From: an uncultured Gemmatimonadales bacterium | GTDB lineage: Bacteria; Gemmatimonadota; Gemmatimonadetes; Gemmatimonadales; GWC2-71-9 | Assembly: GCA_963798915.1 (NCBI GenBank) | Contig: CAWCVB010000010.1 | Span: 1-64,000 of the forward strand | Reading direction: 5' to 3' | DNA: 64,000 bases | Part shown: piece by piece, positions 9,159-19,580 of the stretch | Numbering within the stretch: position 1 is the stretch's first letter | Layout: each line of letters opens with the position of its first letter | The notes under the pieces: generated by a model | What the model saw: only the letters and a program-made list of their open reading frames with translations | What the model was told of the DNA's origin: nothing | Database searches by the model: none | Program-made: the position numbers and the translations under genes

Positions 9159-11940
9159 CATCAATCGCCTCCCGCACCCGGCGAACCAGCTCTGTCGTTG
9201 CGAAGGGCTTGGTCAGAAACGCCGCATCAGTGACCGGGCCGGCGTGCGATGCCGCGTGGCCCGACATGAGCACCACCGCGAGCCCCGGCCGGCTTTCCGT
9301 GGCAATCGCCGCCAGTTCGGTGCCCGACATGCCCGGCAAAACGAGATCGCTCACCAGCGCCCTGAAGGATTCACTGCCTTTCAGCAGTTCGATGGCCTGG
9401 TCGGCATCGCTTGCCACGGTCACCCGGTATCCCGCCTGGCTGAGCGCGCGGTCCACCAGTTGCCGCACGGCCCGCTCGTCCTCCACCACAAGCACGGATT
9501 CGTGACCTGCTGGCGCCACGTCGGCCCCAGCGGGGGACACGATGGCAGGCACCGCGATGCGGGGAAAGCAGAGCGTAAAGCGGGAGCCCACCCCGGGCCT
9601 GCTGGTCACCCACACGTGGCCGCTGTTCTGGGTGACCATTCCGTACACCACTGACAGGCCCAATCCGCTGTTGCGCGATCCGGCTCGCGTAGTGAAGAAG
9701 GGCTCGAAGATTCGGGCGCGGGTTTCCTCATCCATGCCATGCCCGCTGTCAGCGACCTCCACCAGCTCGTACTCGCCGGGCGCAATCTCGACTCCGCTTT
9801 CGGGCACCGGCCCATCGTTGACCGTAAGGCTGCGGGTGGACATCGTCAGCCGGCCGCCAGTGGGCATGGCATCCTTGGCGTTCAGTGCCAGGTTGAGCAG
9901 CGCCTGCTCCAGGTGGCCGCGATCCATGCGGATGCCGCCCGGGGCGGGGTTCAGCTCGACCCTCAGCTGGATGCTCTCGCCCAGCACCGAGCGCAGCATG
10001 TCGCCCAGCGCGAGGATCACTTCATTGAGGTCGACGGCAGTTGGCCGCATCGGGATCCGCCGCCCGAACATCATCAGCTGCTGGGTCAGCGCGGCCGCGC
10101 GCTCGGACGCCTTGCGGATCTCCGTCGCATCCTTCCTGCGCACGTCCGACTCGTCCATTGCCGCCACCAGAAAGTCGGCAAAGCCCATGATGATCATGAG
10201 CATGTTGTTGAAGTCATGGGCGACACCACCCGCCAGCCGACCCAGCGCCTCCATCTTCTGCGCCTCGCGCAGCCGCTCCTCGGCCCCCTGCCGCTCCGAA
10301 TCATCCTGCACGTTGGCGGCGAGCAGCACGCCACGCCCATCCGAAATGGCGCTGAGATCCACCCGCACCGGGAACTCGGTGCCATCGCGCCGCTGGTGGC
10401 GAGACGAGTACGCCACGCGACCGACGCTGAGGGCCCGACGGGTCTGTTGCTGCGCAAAATCACGATTTGACGGTGTGGTCAGCGACCAGATGGGCGAAGC
10501 CGTGAGCTCCTCGACGCTGTAGCCATGCATGCGAGCGTAGGTTTCGTTGACCCTGACATAGCGTCCGGTTTCGGGGTCTCCGATGGCCACGCCCCATCCC
10601 GCATGCTCAAAGATCTTGTCCCACTGAGTCAGCTCAGCCTGGGCCTTGGTGCGCCGCGCCAGTTCGTCCTGCATTGTCCGGAACAGCCGGGCATTGACGA
10701 TCGAGAGCGCCATGCGATCTGCCAGCGACCGCAACAGCTGCAGATCATCGGGCCCATAGCGCCGGCCGCTCGCACCGTACGCCACGGTCAGCACGCCAAG
10801 CACCTGCCGCTGCGCCACGAAAGGTACCGAGATCAGAGAAGACCAGGCTGCGCTCCGCAGGACGGAGCGATGACGCTCGGTCTGCACAAAGCGCTCCCGG
10901 TCGGAGTCCGTCACCTCATACAGCGCCACCGGTTCGGCAGTGCGCAGGGCGACTGCAATCGGGTGGTTACCCCATTCCGGTGCGGGCAGAAAGCCGCGCA
11001 GTTGGTCAGCGAGCTTCGGCTCACCGATGGTCTCGGCAACCGCCACACGAATCCGTTGCACCATACCAGTGGGCAGGAGGATGTCCACCAGGCAGTAATC
11101 GGCAAAGGCGGGCGTGACCAGCTCGGCGATCGTGTCAAAAGTGGCATCGAGATCGTGCGAACTCGCGAGCCGTGCACCCGCCTCATAGACGAGTTCCTGC
11201 CGCTCTCGCTCGCGCCGGCTGTCAGTGATGTTGCGCGAAATGCCGAGAATACCCGTTGGACGACCGGCGTCGTCACGCAGCACGCTTTTGTTGCTTTCGA
11301 AGAGAAATGTCTGGCCGTCAGGAGTCGTGACCGCTTCTTCAAAGCTGAGCGGCAGGTCGCGTTCGAGTACCAAGCGGTCATTGGCTTCGATCTGTGCCGC
11401 GGCCGCCTCGGGAAGGAGCTGGCGGTCGGTGAGGCCGGTAATGTCGCGTCCGATGAGCGTCGACGCGGAACGGTTGGCCAGCACATATCGCCCGGTCAGG
11501 TCCTTGGCATAGATGCCGTCGCCAATGCCGTTGATGACCGCCTGCACCAGGTCGGCGCTGGAGCGGGCCGCCAGTTCGGCGACGCGCTTGGCGGTAACGT
11601 CGCGGAGAAAGCAGCTCAGGCCGCCAGCGCCCGGCAGGAACCGGACGGACAACCAGCGATCCAGCGAAGGAAGAAACTCCTCCACCTCCACCGGCTGCCG
11701 CTCCTGCAACGCGCGCCGAGCGGCACGGACGAACGAGGTCCCGGCCCATGCGGGGACCGCGTCCCAGATAACCTGGCCCATGACCCGGCCGGGGTCCGTT
11801 CCCAGCTGAGCCAGATACTCCCTGGCGGCCCGATTGAGCCGAGCGACCCGAAAATCTTCGTCGAGCAGGACGAACAGCTCGGCAAAGTGGTCGATGGTGC
11901 TGAGGCCGTCGTCCCGACGGCGCCTGTCCCCGACTGACAT
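9121..11940 (-). CDS. Cytoplasmic hybrid histidine kinase (PAS-PAS-GAF-PAS-HisKA-HATPase-REC)
   Basis: AHDFNNML H-box, GLGLS, C-terminal REC (VLVVEDE, SDLVLPG). Confidence 0.92.
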   Translation of the reverse strand: MSVGDRRRRDDGLSTIDHFAELFVLLDEDFRVARLNRAAREYLAQLGTDPGRVMGQVIWDAVPAWAGTSFVRAARRALQERQPVEVEEFLPSLDRWLSVRFLPGAGGLSCFLRDVTAKRVAELAARSSADLVQAVINGIGDGIYAKDLTGRYVLANRSASTLIGRDITGLTDRQLLPEAAAAQIEANDRLVLERDLPLSFEEAVTTPDGQTFLFESNKSVLRDDAGRPTGILGISRNITDSRRERERQELVYEAGARLASSHDLDATFDTIAELVTPAFADYCLVDILLPTGMVQRIRVAVAETIGEPKLADQLRGFLPAPEWGNHPIAVALRTAEPVALYEVTDSDRERFVQTERHRSVLRSAAWSSLISVPFVAQRQVLGVLTVAYGASGRRYGPDDLQLLRSLADRMALSIVNARLFRTMQDELARRTKAQAELTQWDKIFEHAGWGVAIGDPETGRYVRVNETYARMHGYSVEELTASPIWSLTTPSNRDFAQQQTRRALSVGRVAYSSRHQRRDGTEFPVRVDLSAISDGRGVLLAANVQDDSERQGAEERLREAQKMEALGRLAGGVAHDFNNMLMIIMGFADFLVAAMDESDVRRKDATEIRKASERAAALTQQLMMFGRRIPMRPTAVDLNEVILALGDMLRSVLGESIQLRVELNPAPGGIRMDRGHLEQALLNLALNAKDAMPTGGRLTMSTRSLTVNDGPVPESGVEIAPGEYELVEVADSGHGMDEETRARIFEPFFTTRAGSRNSGLGLSVVYGMVTQNSGHVWVTSRPGVGSRFTLCFPRIAVPAIVSPAGADVAPAGHESVLVVEDERAVRQLVDRALSQAGYRVTVASDADQAIELLKGSESFRALVSDLVLPGMSGTELAAIATESRPGLAVVLMSGHAASHAGPVTDAAFLTKPFATTELVRRVREAIDGREDGKPGRREA

Positions 11941-11968
11941 TCGCTACCTCATGCGCACGGCCGCGCCC

Positions 11969-14254
11969 TCACGGGCTGGCCGGAATCTTCCAATCGTAAA
12001 GGGCACGGTAGAAATCCATGTTCCGCTGGATGATGCGCACGTAGTCCCGCGTTTCGGCGTAGGGAATCCGCTCGGCGAAGACTTCGGCGTCGGCGGCTCC
12101 CGTCTTGCCCTTCCAGCGCTCCACCCGGCTGGCGCCCGCGTTGTACGCTGCCAGGATCTCCACCGCCGTATCATAACGGTCGCTCAGTTCGCCCAGATGC
12201 GCCATGCCCAGCTCGAGGTTGACGTCCGGTTCGTACAGCAGGACGGCGTCCCAGATGGGATAGCCCAGTGCGCGGGCCACGCCATGGCCGACCGATGGCA
12301 TGAGCTGCATCAGGCCGCGGGCGCCAGCGTGCGAGAGCGCCGACGGAGTAAAGTTGGATTCCTGCCGGATCAGGGCCGCCGCGAATGCCGGGTCCACCTT
12401 GCGCCGCGCCGCTTCGGCCAGCAGCGCCGAGCGGTGAACCACGGGATAGAGCAGGCGGTACGTCCGGGCGTCACGGCGCGCGCCGGCGGCAATGGCGCGC
12501 CAGGCCAGCCGCATGGCCCTGGACGCCTCGTCGGCCTGACGCAGCGCCGCAGCGACCGCCAACAGGCGCTCGACGTCGTCGCTCGCCTCTGCCGACAGCA
12601 CGCCCAGCTCCCAGCGAGCTTCACGGTCCATGCCCAGGCGCCGGAGCAGCGCCACGCGTGACAGGGTGCTGTCCACATCGGGAACGGCGACAAAGCGATC
12701 GGCTGCTTCGGCTGGCGCCCACGGCGCAAGCTCCAGTCGCCGGCTGGCGAGTGCCCCGTAATAGTCCAGGGTGTCGCGCGCCGCGCTGCGCCAACGATCT
12801 CGCGCCGCGGCTGAGTCGCCGACCTGGGCCCAAGCGCGCCCGGCCCAGTAGCGCGCCGCCTGCGCTTCGGTACTGGCACCAGCGGCTCCGGCCAGCCTGT
12901 CAAGTTCGGTCGCGGCAGTCCGTGCATGGCCGCTCACCAGCGCAATAATGGCGGCCCGAAAGGCAGATTCGGGCGCGAGACTGGCGCGGGGATAGCGCTT
13001 GACGATGGTGAGAAAGGCATCCCGCGCTGCCTCATCGCGATCTTCATCCGTGGCGAGATCGCCGAGCAGAAAGAGCGCCGTCGCGGCGGGCTCGGTTTCG
13101 GACGGGAAGTCGCGCAACAGGTCACGCAGCGCGTCCCGGCCCGCTTTGAGCTGGCCTTCGCGCACCAGCGCCCGGCTGCGCTGGTATGCAGCCGAGGCGG
13201 CAAGGCTGGCCGGCGCTTTCACCCGGGCAAATTGGGCCGCAGCCTCGGCATAGCGGCCGAGGGCGAAGAGGGCCCTGCCGTACTCCCATCGGTCGCGGGA
13301 TCCGCCCAGTCCGGCGCCCAGTGCATGGCGATAGGCATCAGCGGTACGGCGAGCCGGCCCTCGTGGGGCGAGCGCACGACCCACATCGAGCTCCAGCTGG
13401 GTACTCAGCGGGGCGTAGCCAGCGTCGAGAAGCTCCACTGCGGCGCCAGCTCGCGCGGTCCCGGGTGCGGACTTGATGACATGAACCAGTTCGGTGCGGA
13501 GTGAGTCGCGATCCTCGCGATGCCGTGGCGTGAGTGCAAGCCGGATCTGCCACGACTGGGCATAGTCGCCAGCAGCCGCGTACGCTGCGACTGCCGCCGC
13601 TGAATCGCCGCTGCGCTTGAATCCATCGGCCCGGCCTACGGCCAGCTGCTGGCGCACCACGGGGCTGGCCAGCTGCTGGAATCGCGCTCGCCGGGTGCCG
13701 CTGTCGCGCGTCACGATGGCGGCGCGGTACATGAGCCAGTCGTGAATGGCCGGCAGGCGCTGGGCGGCGGCCGCATAGGCATCGGCTGCAGGCGTGAGTG
13801 AATCGAGCCGATCCAGGGCGCGCGCGAGGATCACCTGGCGCTCGGCCCGGCTCCGGTCATCCGATGCGGTGGCGACCGCACGGCCTGCCGCATCCGCTGC
13901 CGCCGAGTCGGCGCCGGTCTCGAGGAGCGCGCGGGCCAGCAGGGCGCGGCCTTCGCCGTTCCCATCATCAAGCCACGATTCCCCCCGCAACATGTCGCGC
14001 ACGGTCGTCCAGCCGCCCCAGCGGCTGGCCGCCACCGCGGCAAGCAGTGACACCTCGGGGGTCCGGCGCGCCGTGTCGGCGAGCACCGCCGCGAGCAGCC
14101 GGCTGGCGTGCCAGGGCTGGCCCCGGTCCAGCGCCGCGCGCGCCCGATCGATGGTGCTGTCGGTCGCCGCGGCGATCATCCGGTCCACCGATGGAGTCAC
14201 CATCGGGACCGGAAGGGGACAGAAGAGCGCCAGGGAAAGCGAGAAGAGGATCAT
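11969..14254 (-). CDS. slt: Soluble lytic transglycosylase with TPR-like repeats
   Basis: IRQESNF, GLMQLMP, AYNAG, ETRDYV; signal peptide. Confidence 0.9.
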   Translation of the reverse strand: MILFSLSLALFCPLPVPMVTPSVDRMIAAATDSTIDRARAALDRGQPWHASRLLAAVLADTARRTPEVSLLAAVAASRWGGWTTVRDMLRGESWLDDGNGEGRALLARALLETGADSAAADAAGRAVATASDDRSRAERQVILARALDRLDSLTPAADAYAAAAQRLPAIHDWLMYRAAIVTRDSGTRRARFQQLASPVVRQQLAVGRADGFKRSGDSAAAVAAYAAAGDYAQSWQIRLALTPRHREDRDSLRTELVHVIKSAPGTARAGAAVELLDAGYAPLSTQLELDVGRALAPRGPARRTADAYRHALGAGLGGSRDRWEYGRALFALGRYAEAAAQFARVKAPASLAASAAYQRSRALVREGQLKAGRDALRDLLRDFPSETEPAATALFLLGDLATDEDRDEAARDAFLTIVKRYPRASLAPESAFRAAIIALVSGHARTAATELDRLAGAAGASTEAQAARYWAGRAWAQVGDSAAARDRWRSAARDTLDYYGALASRRLELAPWAPAEAADRFVAVPDVDSTLSRVALLRRLGMDREARWELGVLSAEASDDVERLLAVAAALRQADEASRAMRLAWRAIAAGARRDARTYRLLYPVVHRSALLAEAARRKVDPAFAAALIRQESNFTPSALSHAGARGLMQLMPSVGHGVARALGYPIWDAVLLYEPDVNLELGMAHLGELSDRYDTAVEILAAYNAGASRVERWKGKTGAADAEVFAERIPYAETRDYVRIIQRNMDFYRALYDWKIPASP

Positions 14255-14289
14255 GGTGTTCCGGGCGGGTGCGGAAGTACAATGCAAGC

Positions 14290-14712
14290 ATGCGCGACGA
14301 CGCAAAGGATCCAACGTCCGGCCCGCAAGCACCGGGCCGCACCCGGCTCGATCAGTGGCTCTGGGCTGCGCGATTCTTCAAGACGCGGACTCTTGCCGCC
14401 AACGCCGTAGCGGGAGGCAAGGTCGAGCTCAACGGCCGGCATGCGAAACGCGCGGCAAGCGTACGCCCTGGAGATGAACTGCGGATACGGCTGGGGCCTT
14501 TCGAACACATCGTGCTGGTGCGTGGTGTCGCCTCCCGCCGTGGACCGGCAAGCTCGGCTGCGCTGCTCTACGAGGAAACGGCGGCGAGCCGCGAGGCGCG
14601 TGAACGGCTGGCCTGGCAGCTCAAGCATGCCCCTGCCCCGCTTACCTTCGAGGAGAAGGGCCGGCCGACGAAACGGGATCGGCGGAGGATCGAAAAGGAG
14701 AGGGGCCGGTAG
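14290..14712 (+). CDS. hslR: Ribosome-associated heat shock protein Hsp15 (S4 domain)
   Basis: RLDQWLWAARFFKTR, GRPTKRDRR. Confidence 0.92.
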   Translation: MRDDAKDPTSGPQAPGRTRLDQWLWAARFFKTRTLAANAVAGGKVELNGRHAKRAASVRPGDELRIRLGPFEHIVLVRGVASRRGPASSAALLYEETAASREARERLAWQLKHAPAPLTFEEKGRPTKRDRRRIEKERGR

Positions 14713-14753
14713 ACGGCGACGGTCGACGGTCGACGGTCGACGGTCGACGGTCG
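14712..14753 (+). repeat. Heptamer array (GACGGTC)x5-6
   Basis: Directly visible; inverted partner at 15181-15206. Confidence 0.95.
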
Positions 14754-14820
14754 CGCGAATATGCTGCCGGATGCGGCGATCCGGTCCTCTCGCTCTCGCC
14801 TGCATGTCCTACAGTGAGGC

Positions 14821-15204
14821 ATGGGAAACTACCGCGCGCTCGACGCCTGGCAGGCCAGTCGCACCTTGGCCGGGCTCACGTACCGGGCGACGGAGCGGTT
14901 CCCGCCTGCCGAGCGCTACGGCCTCACAGCCCGGATGCGACGCGCCGCGGTCTCGATCATGTCGAATATCGCCGAGGGAGCGGGTCGATGCAGCGACGCC
15001 CAATTCCGTCCCTTCCTGCAGATTGCTCGCGGCTCTCTCCATGAACTCGAAGCCCAGACCATCCTGGCGAGCGACCTGGCATTCGGCAGCGAGGCTTCAC
15101 TCGCCGAACTGACTGAGGCGACCCGCCAGACGGCCCGACCCCTGCACGGCCTCCTCCGCTCACTGAAGAACGCCCACCAGCGACCGTCGACCGTCGACCG
15201 TTGA
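14821..15204 (+). CDS. Four-helix-bundle protein (23S rRNA IVP / Avd-like family)
   Basis: YRALDAWQ, FPPAERYGLTARMRRAAVSIMSNIAEG, IARGSLHELE. Confidence 0.93.
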   Translation: MGNYRALDAWQASRTLAGLTYRATERFPPAERYGLTARMRRAAVSIMSNIAEGAGRCSDAQFRPFLQIARGSLHELEAQTILASDLAFGSEASLAELTEATRQTARPLHGLLRSLKNAHQRPSTVDR

Positions 15205-15206
15205 CC
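15181..15206 (-). repeat. Inverted heptamer array (GACCGTC)x3.5 containing the stop codon of the four-helix gene
   Basis: CGACCGTCGACCGTCGACCGTTGACC. Confidence 0.9.
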
Positions 15207-15207
15207 T

Positions 15208-16515
<1,308 letters not shown>

Positions 16516-16531
16516 GGGGGAAAGTAATGCC

Positions 16532-16568
16532 GTAGGGGCCCGGCTCGCCGGGTCCGGCAAGCCGGGCC
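16532..16568. repeat. GTAG-type REP-like hairpin
   Basis: GTAGGGGCCCGGCTCGCCGGGTCCGGCAAGCCGGGCCC. Confidence 0.55.
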
Positions 16569-16608
16569 CGGACTTGCGCATCCCCAGCCCATTCCCCACA
16601 TTGTCGCC

Positions 16609-16695
16609 ATGACGATGCGTCGCGCCGCGTTTTTTGCATTTGCCTTCTACTTTGGTTCCCCCGGGGGCCCAGGTCGAACAGGCGTGCGCGGCTAG
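16609..16695 (+). CDS. Phe/Tyr-rich attenuator leader peptide (28 aa)
   Basis: [32 protein letters not shown], upstream of DAHP synthase. Confidence 0.85.
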   Translation: MTMRRAAFFAFAFYFGSPGGPGRTGVRG

Positions 16696-16715
16696 GCAGA
16701 CGCTCCCATGTTCCG

Positions 16716-16754
16716 ACGGGCCCCCGGCAAGACGCCGGGGGCCCGTTTCTTTTT
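16716..16754 (+). terminator. Attenuator terminator hairpin with U-tract
   Basis: ACGGGCCCCCGGC-aagac-GCCGGGGGCCCGT-TTCTTTTT; alternative pairing with 16661-16670. Confidence 0.85.
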
Positions 16755-16781
16755 CCCATTCCCAGTGCTTACGAGGCCCGG

Positions 16782-17849
16782 ATGCTCATCATCACTCGCC
16801 CGAGTGTCAGTGACAGCGAACTTGCGCAGGTCTGCGAACGGGTGGAGGCCCTTGGGCTCACCGCGCATGTGATCCGGGGCGCGCAACGAACCGTTGTCGC
16901 CTGTGTCGGTGACGATAATCAGCTCTCCGAGGTACCCCTGCTGGCGCTCCCGGGCATCGAATCGGTCACACCAGTACTGCGACCCTACAAACTGGCGTCG
17001 CGCGAGGCAGCGCCGGGACCAGGCGCCACGCTGATCAGCGCCGGCACCGCGGCCTTCGGCGGCCGCGACATCGCCGTCATCGCGGGGCCCTGCTCGGTCG
17101 AGGGGAGAGAAATGCTTCTTCGCTCCGCCCGATCGGTGCGGGACGCCGGTGCGGTCATGCTTCGCGGAGGCGCCTTCAAGCCGCGCACGTCACCGTACGC
17201 CTTTCAGGGCGTCGGCGCCGAAGGGCTCCAGTTGCTGGCCGAGGCTCGGGCGGCCACGGGGTTGCCGGTCGTGACGGAGGTGATGGATACCCGCCAGGTC
17301 GAGCTGGTCGCCCGCCACGCCGACATGCTCCAGGTGGGCGCCCGCAACATGCAGAACTTCGCGCTGCTCGCCGAAGTGGGTCGAAGCGCGCGACCAGTGC
17401 TGCTCAAGCGGGGCCTGTCCGCCACGATTACCGAACTGCTCATGGCGGCGGAGTACGTGATGGCAGCCGGCAATCCGGATGTCGTGCTCTGCGAGCGCGG
17501 CATCCGCACATTCGAGCCATCGACCCGGAACACGCTGGACATCGCCGCGATCCCGGTGCTGAAGGCGGAAACCCACCTGCCGATTATCGTGGATCCGAGT
17601 CACGCGGGTGGCCAGCGGCGCCTGGTACTGCCACTCGCCTGCGCCGCCGTTGCGGCAGGTGCGGACGGTCTCATGATTGAAGTTCACCCGCAACCTGACG
17701 CGGCTCGCTCCGACGGGGAGCAGTCACTCGACTTTGCCGAGTTCGCGGCGCTGATGCGACAACTGGCCGGCTTTGCCGCCGCGGCCGGCCGGACCTTGGC
17801 GCCAGCACATTCCGGCGCCGCACGGCGCCCTGCGCCGGCCGTCGCGTGA
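16782..17849 (+). CDS. aroF: DAHP synthase, type I-beta with N-terminal regulatory domain
   Basis: [37 protein letters not shown]. Confidence 0.95.
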   Translation: MLIITRPSVSDSELAQVCERVEALGLTAHVIRGAQRTVVACVGDDNQLSEVPLLALPGIESVTPVLRPYKLASREAAPGPGATLISAGTAAFGGRDIAVIAGPCSVEGREMLLRSARSVRDAGAVMLRGGAFKPRTSPYAFQGVGAEGLQLLAEARAATGLPVVTEVMDTRQVELVARHADMLQVGARNMQNFALLAEVGRSARPVLLKRGLSATITELLMAAEYVMAAGNPDVVLCERGIRTFEPSTRNTLDIAAIPVLKAETHLPIIVDPSHAGGQRRLVLPLACAAVAAGADGLMIEVHPQPDAARSDGEQSLDFAEFAALMRQLAGFAAAAGRTLAPAHSGAARRPAPAVA

Positions 17850-18835
17850 CGGCGGCAACGGTGCCTCATCCGGCGATGCGGGTGGGGATCCAGGGCGAGG
17901 CTGGCTGCTTCAGTCACGCGGCACTGCACCGACTGCTCGGCGGCGAGGCAGATGCCCGATTCTACCGATCATTCCCGGCTGCGGTGGCGGCACTCGAGGC
18001 GGGAGAAACCGACCGGCTGCTGCTGCCGGTCCATAACACGCTTGCGGGCGTGGTGGCGGAGAGCCTGCGCGCCATCGCTGCCAGCGACCTCCGGATCGAC
18101 GACGAGATCGAGCTTCCCATTCGGCTGGTATGTGCGGCGCTTCCCGGTACCCGGATCGACCAGGTGAGCTGGCTGCGCTCGCACCCCGTCGCGCTCAGGC
18201 AGTGCAGCCGCTTCCTCGCGCACCACCCCCGCATGAGCGGCCAGCCGGTGCACGACACCGCCGGTGCAGCCCGGCTGCTTGCCGAGCATCGCGAATCGGG
18301 TGTCGCGGTGGCCACCAGCGCCGACGCCGCCAGGCAATTCGGCCTGGTCACCCTGATGGAAGACATCCAGGACCGGGCCGACAACGTGACGCGCTTCTGG
18401 CTCCTGGCCGCGCGCCAGCTGGCGGATCCTGGTGTGGGCGGGCGCATGCACCGCCATCTTGCCGCGCACGTCGAGAGCAGTTCGGTGGCGAGTCTCCGAG
18501 GCGCCATCGCGGTCCCGGCCAATACGCCGGACGCGATTTCGGAATCCACCGCCGCGTTGCTCGACACGCTACTCGCCGCCAACGGCCTCAGTTGCAGTGA
18601 CGTGATCAGCGCCATCTTCACCATGACGCCGGACCTGAATGCCCTGTTCCCGGCGAATGCTGCCCGGCAGGCGGGCTGGCATGGCGTGCCCATGCTCTGC
18701 GCCACGGAGGTCGCGGTGCCCGGGGCGCTCCCACGTTGCCTCCGCCTGCTCCTGCACGTGCGACCGCCCCGGGACAACTGGGAACCGTCACATCAGTATC
18801 TGGGGGAGGCGAGGGCGCTGCGGCCGGATTTGTAG
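17846..18835 (+). CDS. Prephenate dehydratase fused to an AroH-type chorismate mutase
   Basis: N-terminus: [29 protein letters not shown]-terminus: [39 protein letters not shown]. Confidence 0.88.
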   Translation: MTAATVPHPAMRVGIQGEAGCFSHAALHRLLGGEADARFYRSFPAAVAALEAGETDRLLLPVHNTLAGVVAESLRAIAASDLRIDDEIELPIRLVCAALPGTRIDQVSWLRSHPVALRQCSRFLAHHPRMSGQPVHDTAGAARLLAEHRESGVAVATSADAARQFGLVTLMEDIQDRADNVTRFWLLAARQLADPGVGGRMHRHLAAHVESSSVASLRGAIAVPANTPDAISESTAALLDTLLAANGLSCSDVISAIFTMTPDLNALFPANAARQAGWHGVPMLCATEVAVPGALPRCLRLLLHVRPPRDNWEPSHQYLGEARALRPDL

Positions 18836-18839
18836 GGCA

Positions 18840-19580
18840 TCATCCCGCCTTCCCCTCCTCGCGTCCTCCCGCCTGTTCATCAACCAGCCAGGTCAGGTGA
18901 CCCGCCGGGCGGATCCGGGATACCGGATAGCGTTCGGCGGCGGGCCCTCCGGCCTGGATTGCCTCGAGCACGGGGCGCTTGGACGGCCCGGACGCGAGCA
19001 CCAGGACCGACCGTGCAAGGTTGATGAGGGGAAAGGTAAAGGTGAGCCGCTTGCGTACCTCAAGGGACGCCGGTCCCTCCACAGGTATCACCAGCCGCTC
19101 GGTTTCATCCAGCGCGGGTTGCCCCGGAAAGAGCGAGGCGGTGTGTCCATCGTCTCCCACGCCGAGAATCAGCAGGTCAAATGCGAGGTCGGGCACCTGC
19201 TCACGCACCAGCGCCTCGTAGTGCCGAGCGGCCCGATCGAGATCCTCGCTGTCGGCGGGCATGCGGTGGACCCGCGCCGGCGGCACTGGTGCGCGAGCCA
19301 GCATCACCTCATGCGCAAGGCGAAAGTTGCTCTGCTCACTGTCGGGAGACACGGCGCGCTCGTCACTCCAGAACCAGTCGATCTCCTCCCAGGGAACCGC
19401 GGCGCGATACTGCTCCGACGCGAGCATTTGGTAAAGCGGCTGGGGGGTGTGGCCGCCGGACAAGGCCACCGCCGCGCGGCCAGTACAGATGACTGCCTCA
19501 CGCGCCGCAACGACCAGGCAGCGTGCCGCCTCGTGGCTCAGGGCTTCGAGCGACTCAAAGACCGTAATCTCGGGCGTCAC
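18840..19580 (-). CDS. pgl: 6-phosphogluconolactonase
   Basis: ALSGGHTP, DERAV, GDDGHTASLFP; GTGA overlap with zwf. Confidence 0.93.
   Translation of the reverse strand: MTPEITVFESLEALSHEAARCLVVAAREAVICTGRAAVALSGGHTPQPLYQMLASEQYRAAVPWEEIDWFWSDERAVSPDSEQSNFRLAHEVMLARAPVPPARVHRMPADSEDLDRAARHYEALVREQVPDLAFDLLILGVGDDGHTASLFPGQPALDETERLVIPVEGPASLEVRKRLTFTFPLINLARSVLVLASGPSKRPVLEAIQAGGPAAERYPVSRIRPAGHLTWLVDEQAGGREEGKAG

Noticed and set aside
14821..15204. Diversity-generating retroelement (Avd-like gene, pilins nearby)
   Set aside because: No reverse transcriptase in the window and no TR/VR pair with adenine-specific mismatches; the pilin similarity is synonymous divergence.
14821..15204. 23S rRNA intervening sequence
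   Set aside because: The flanks are hslR and icd; no rRNA sequence is present.
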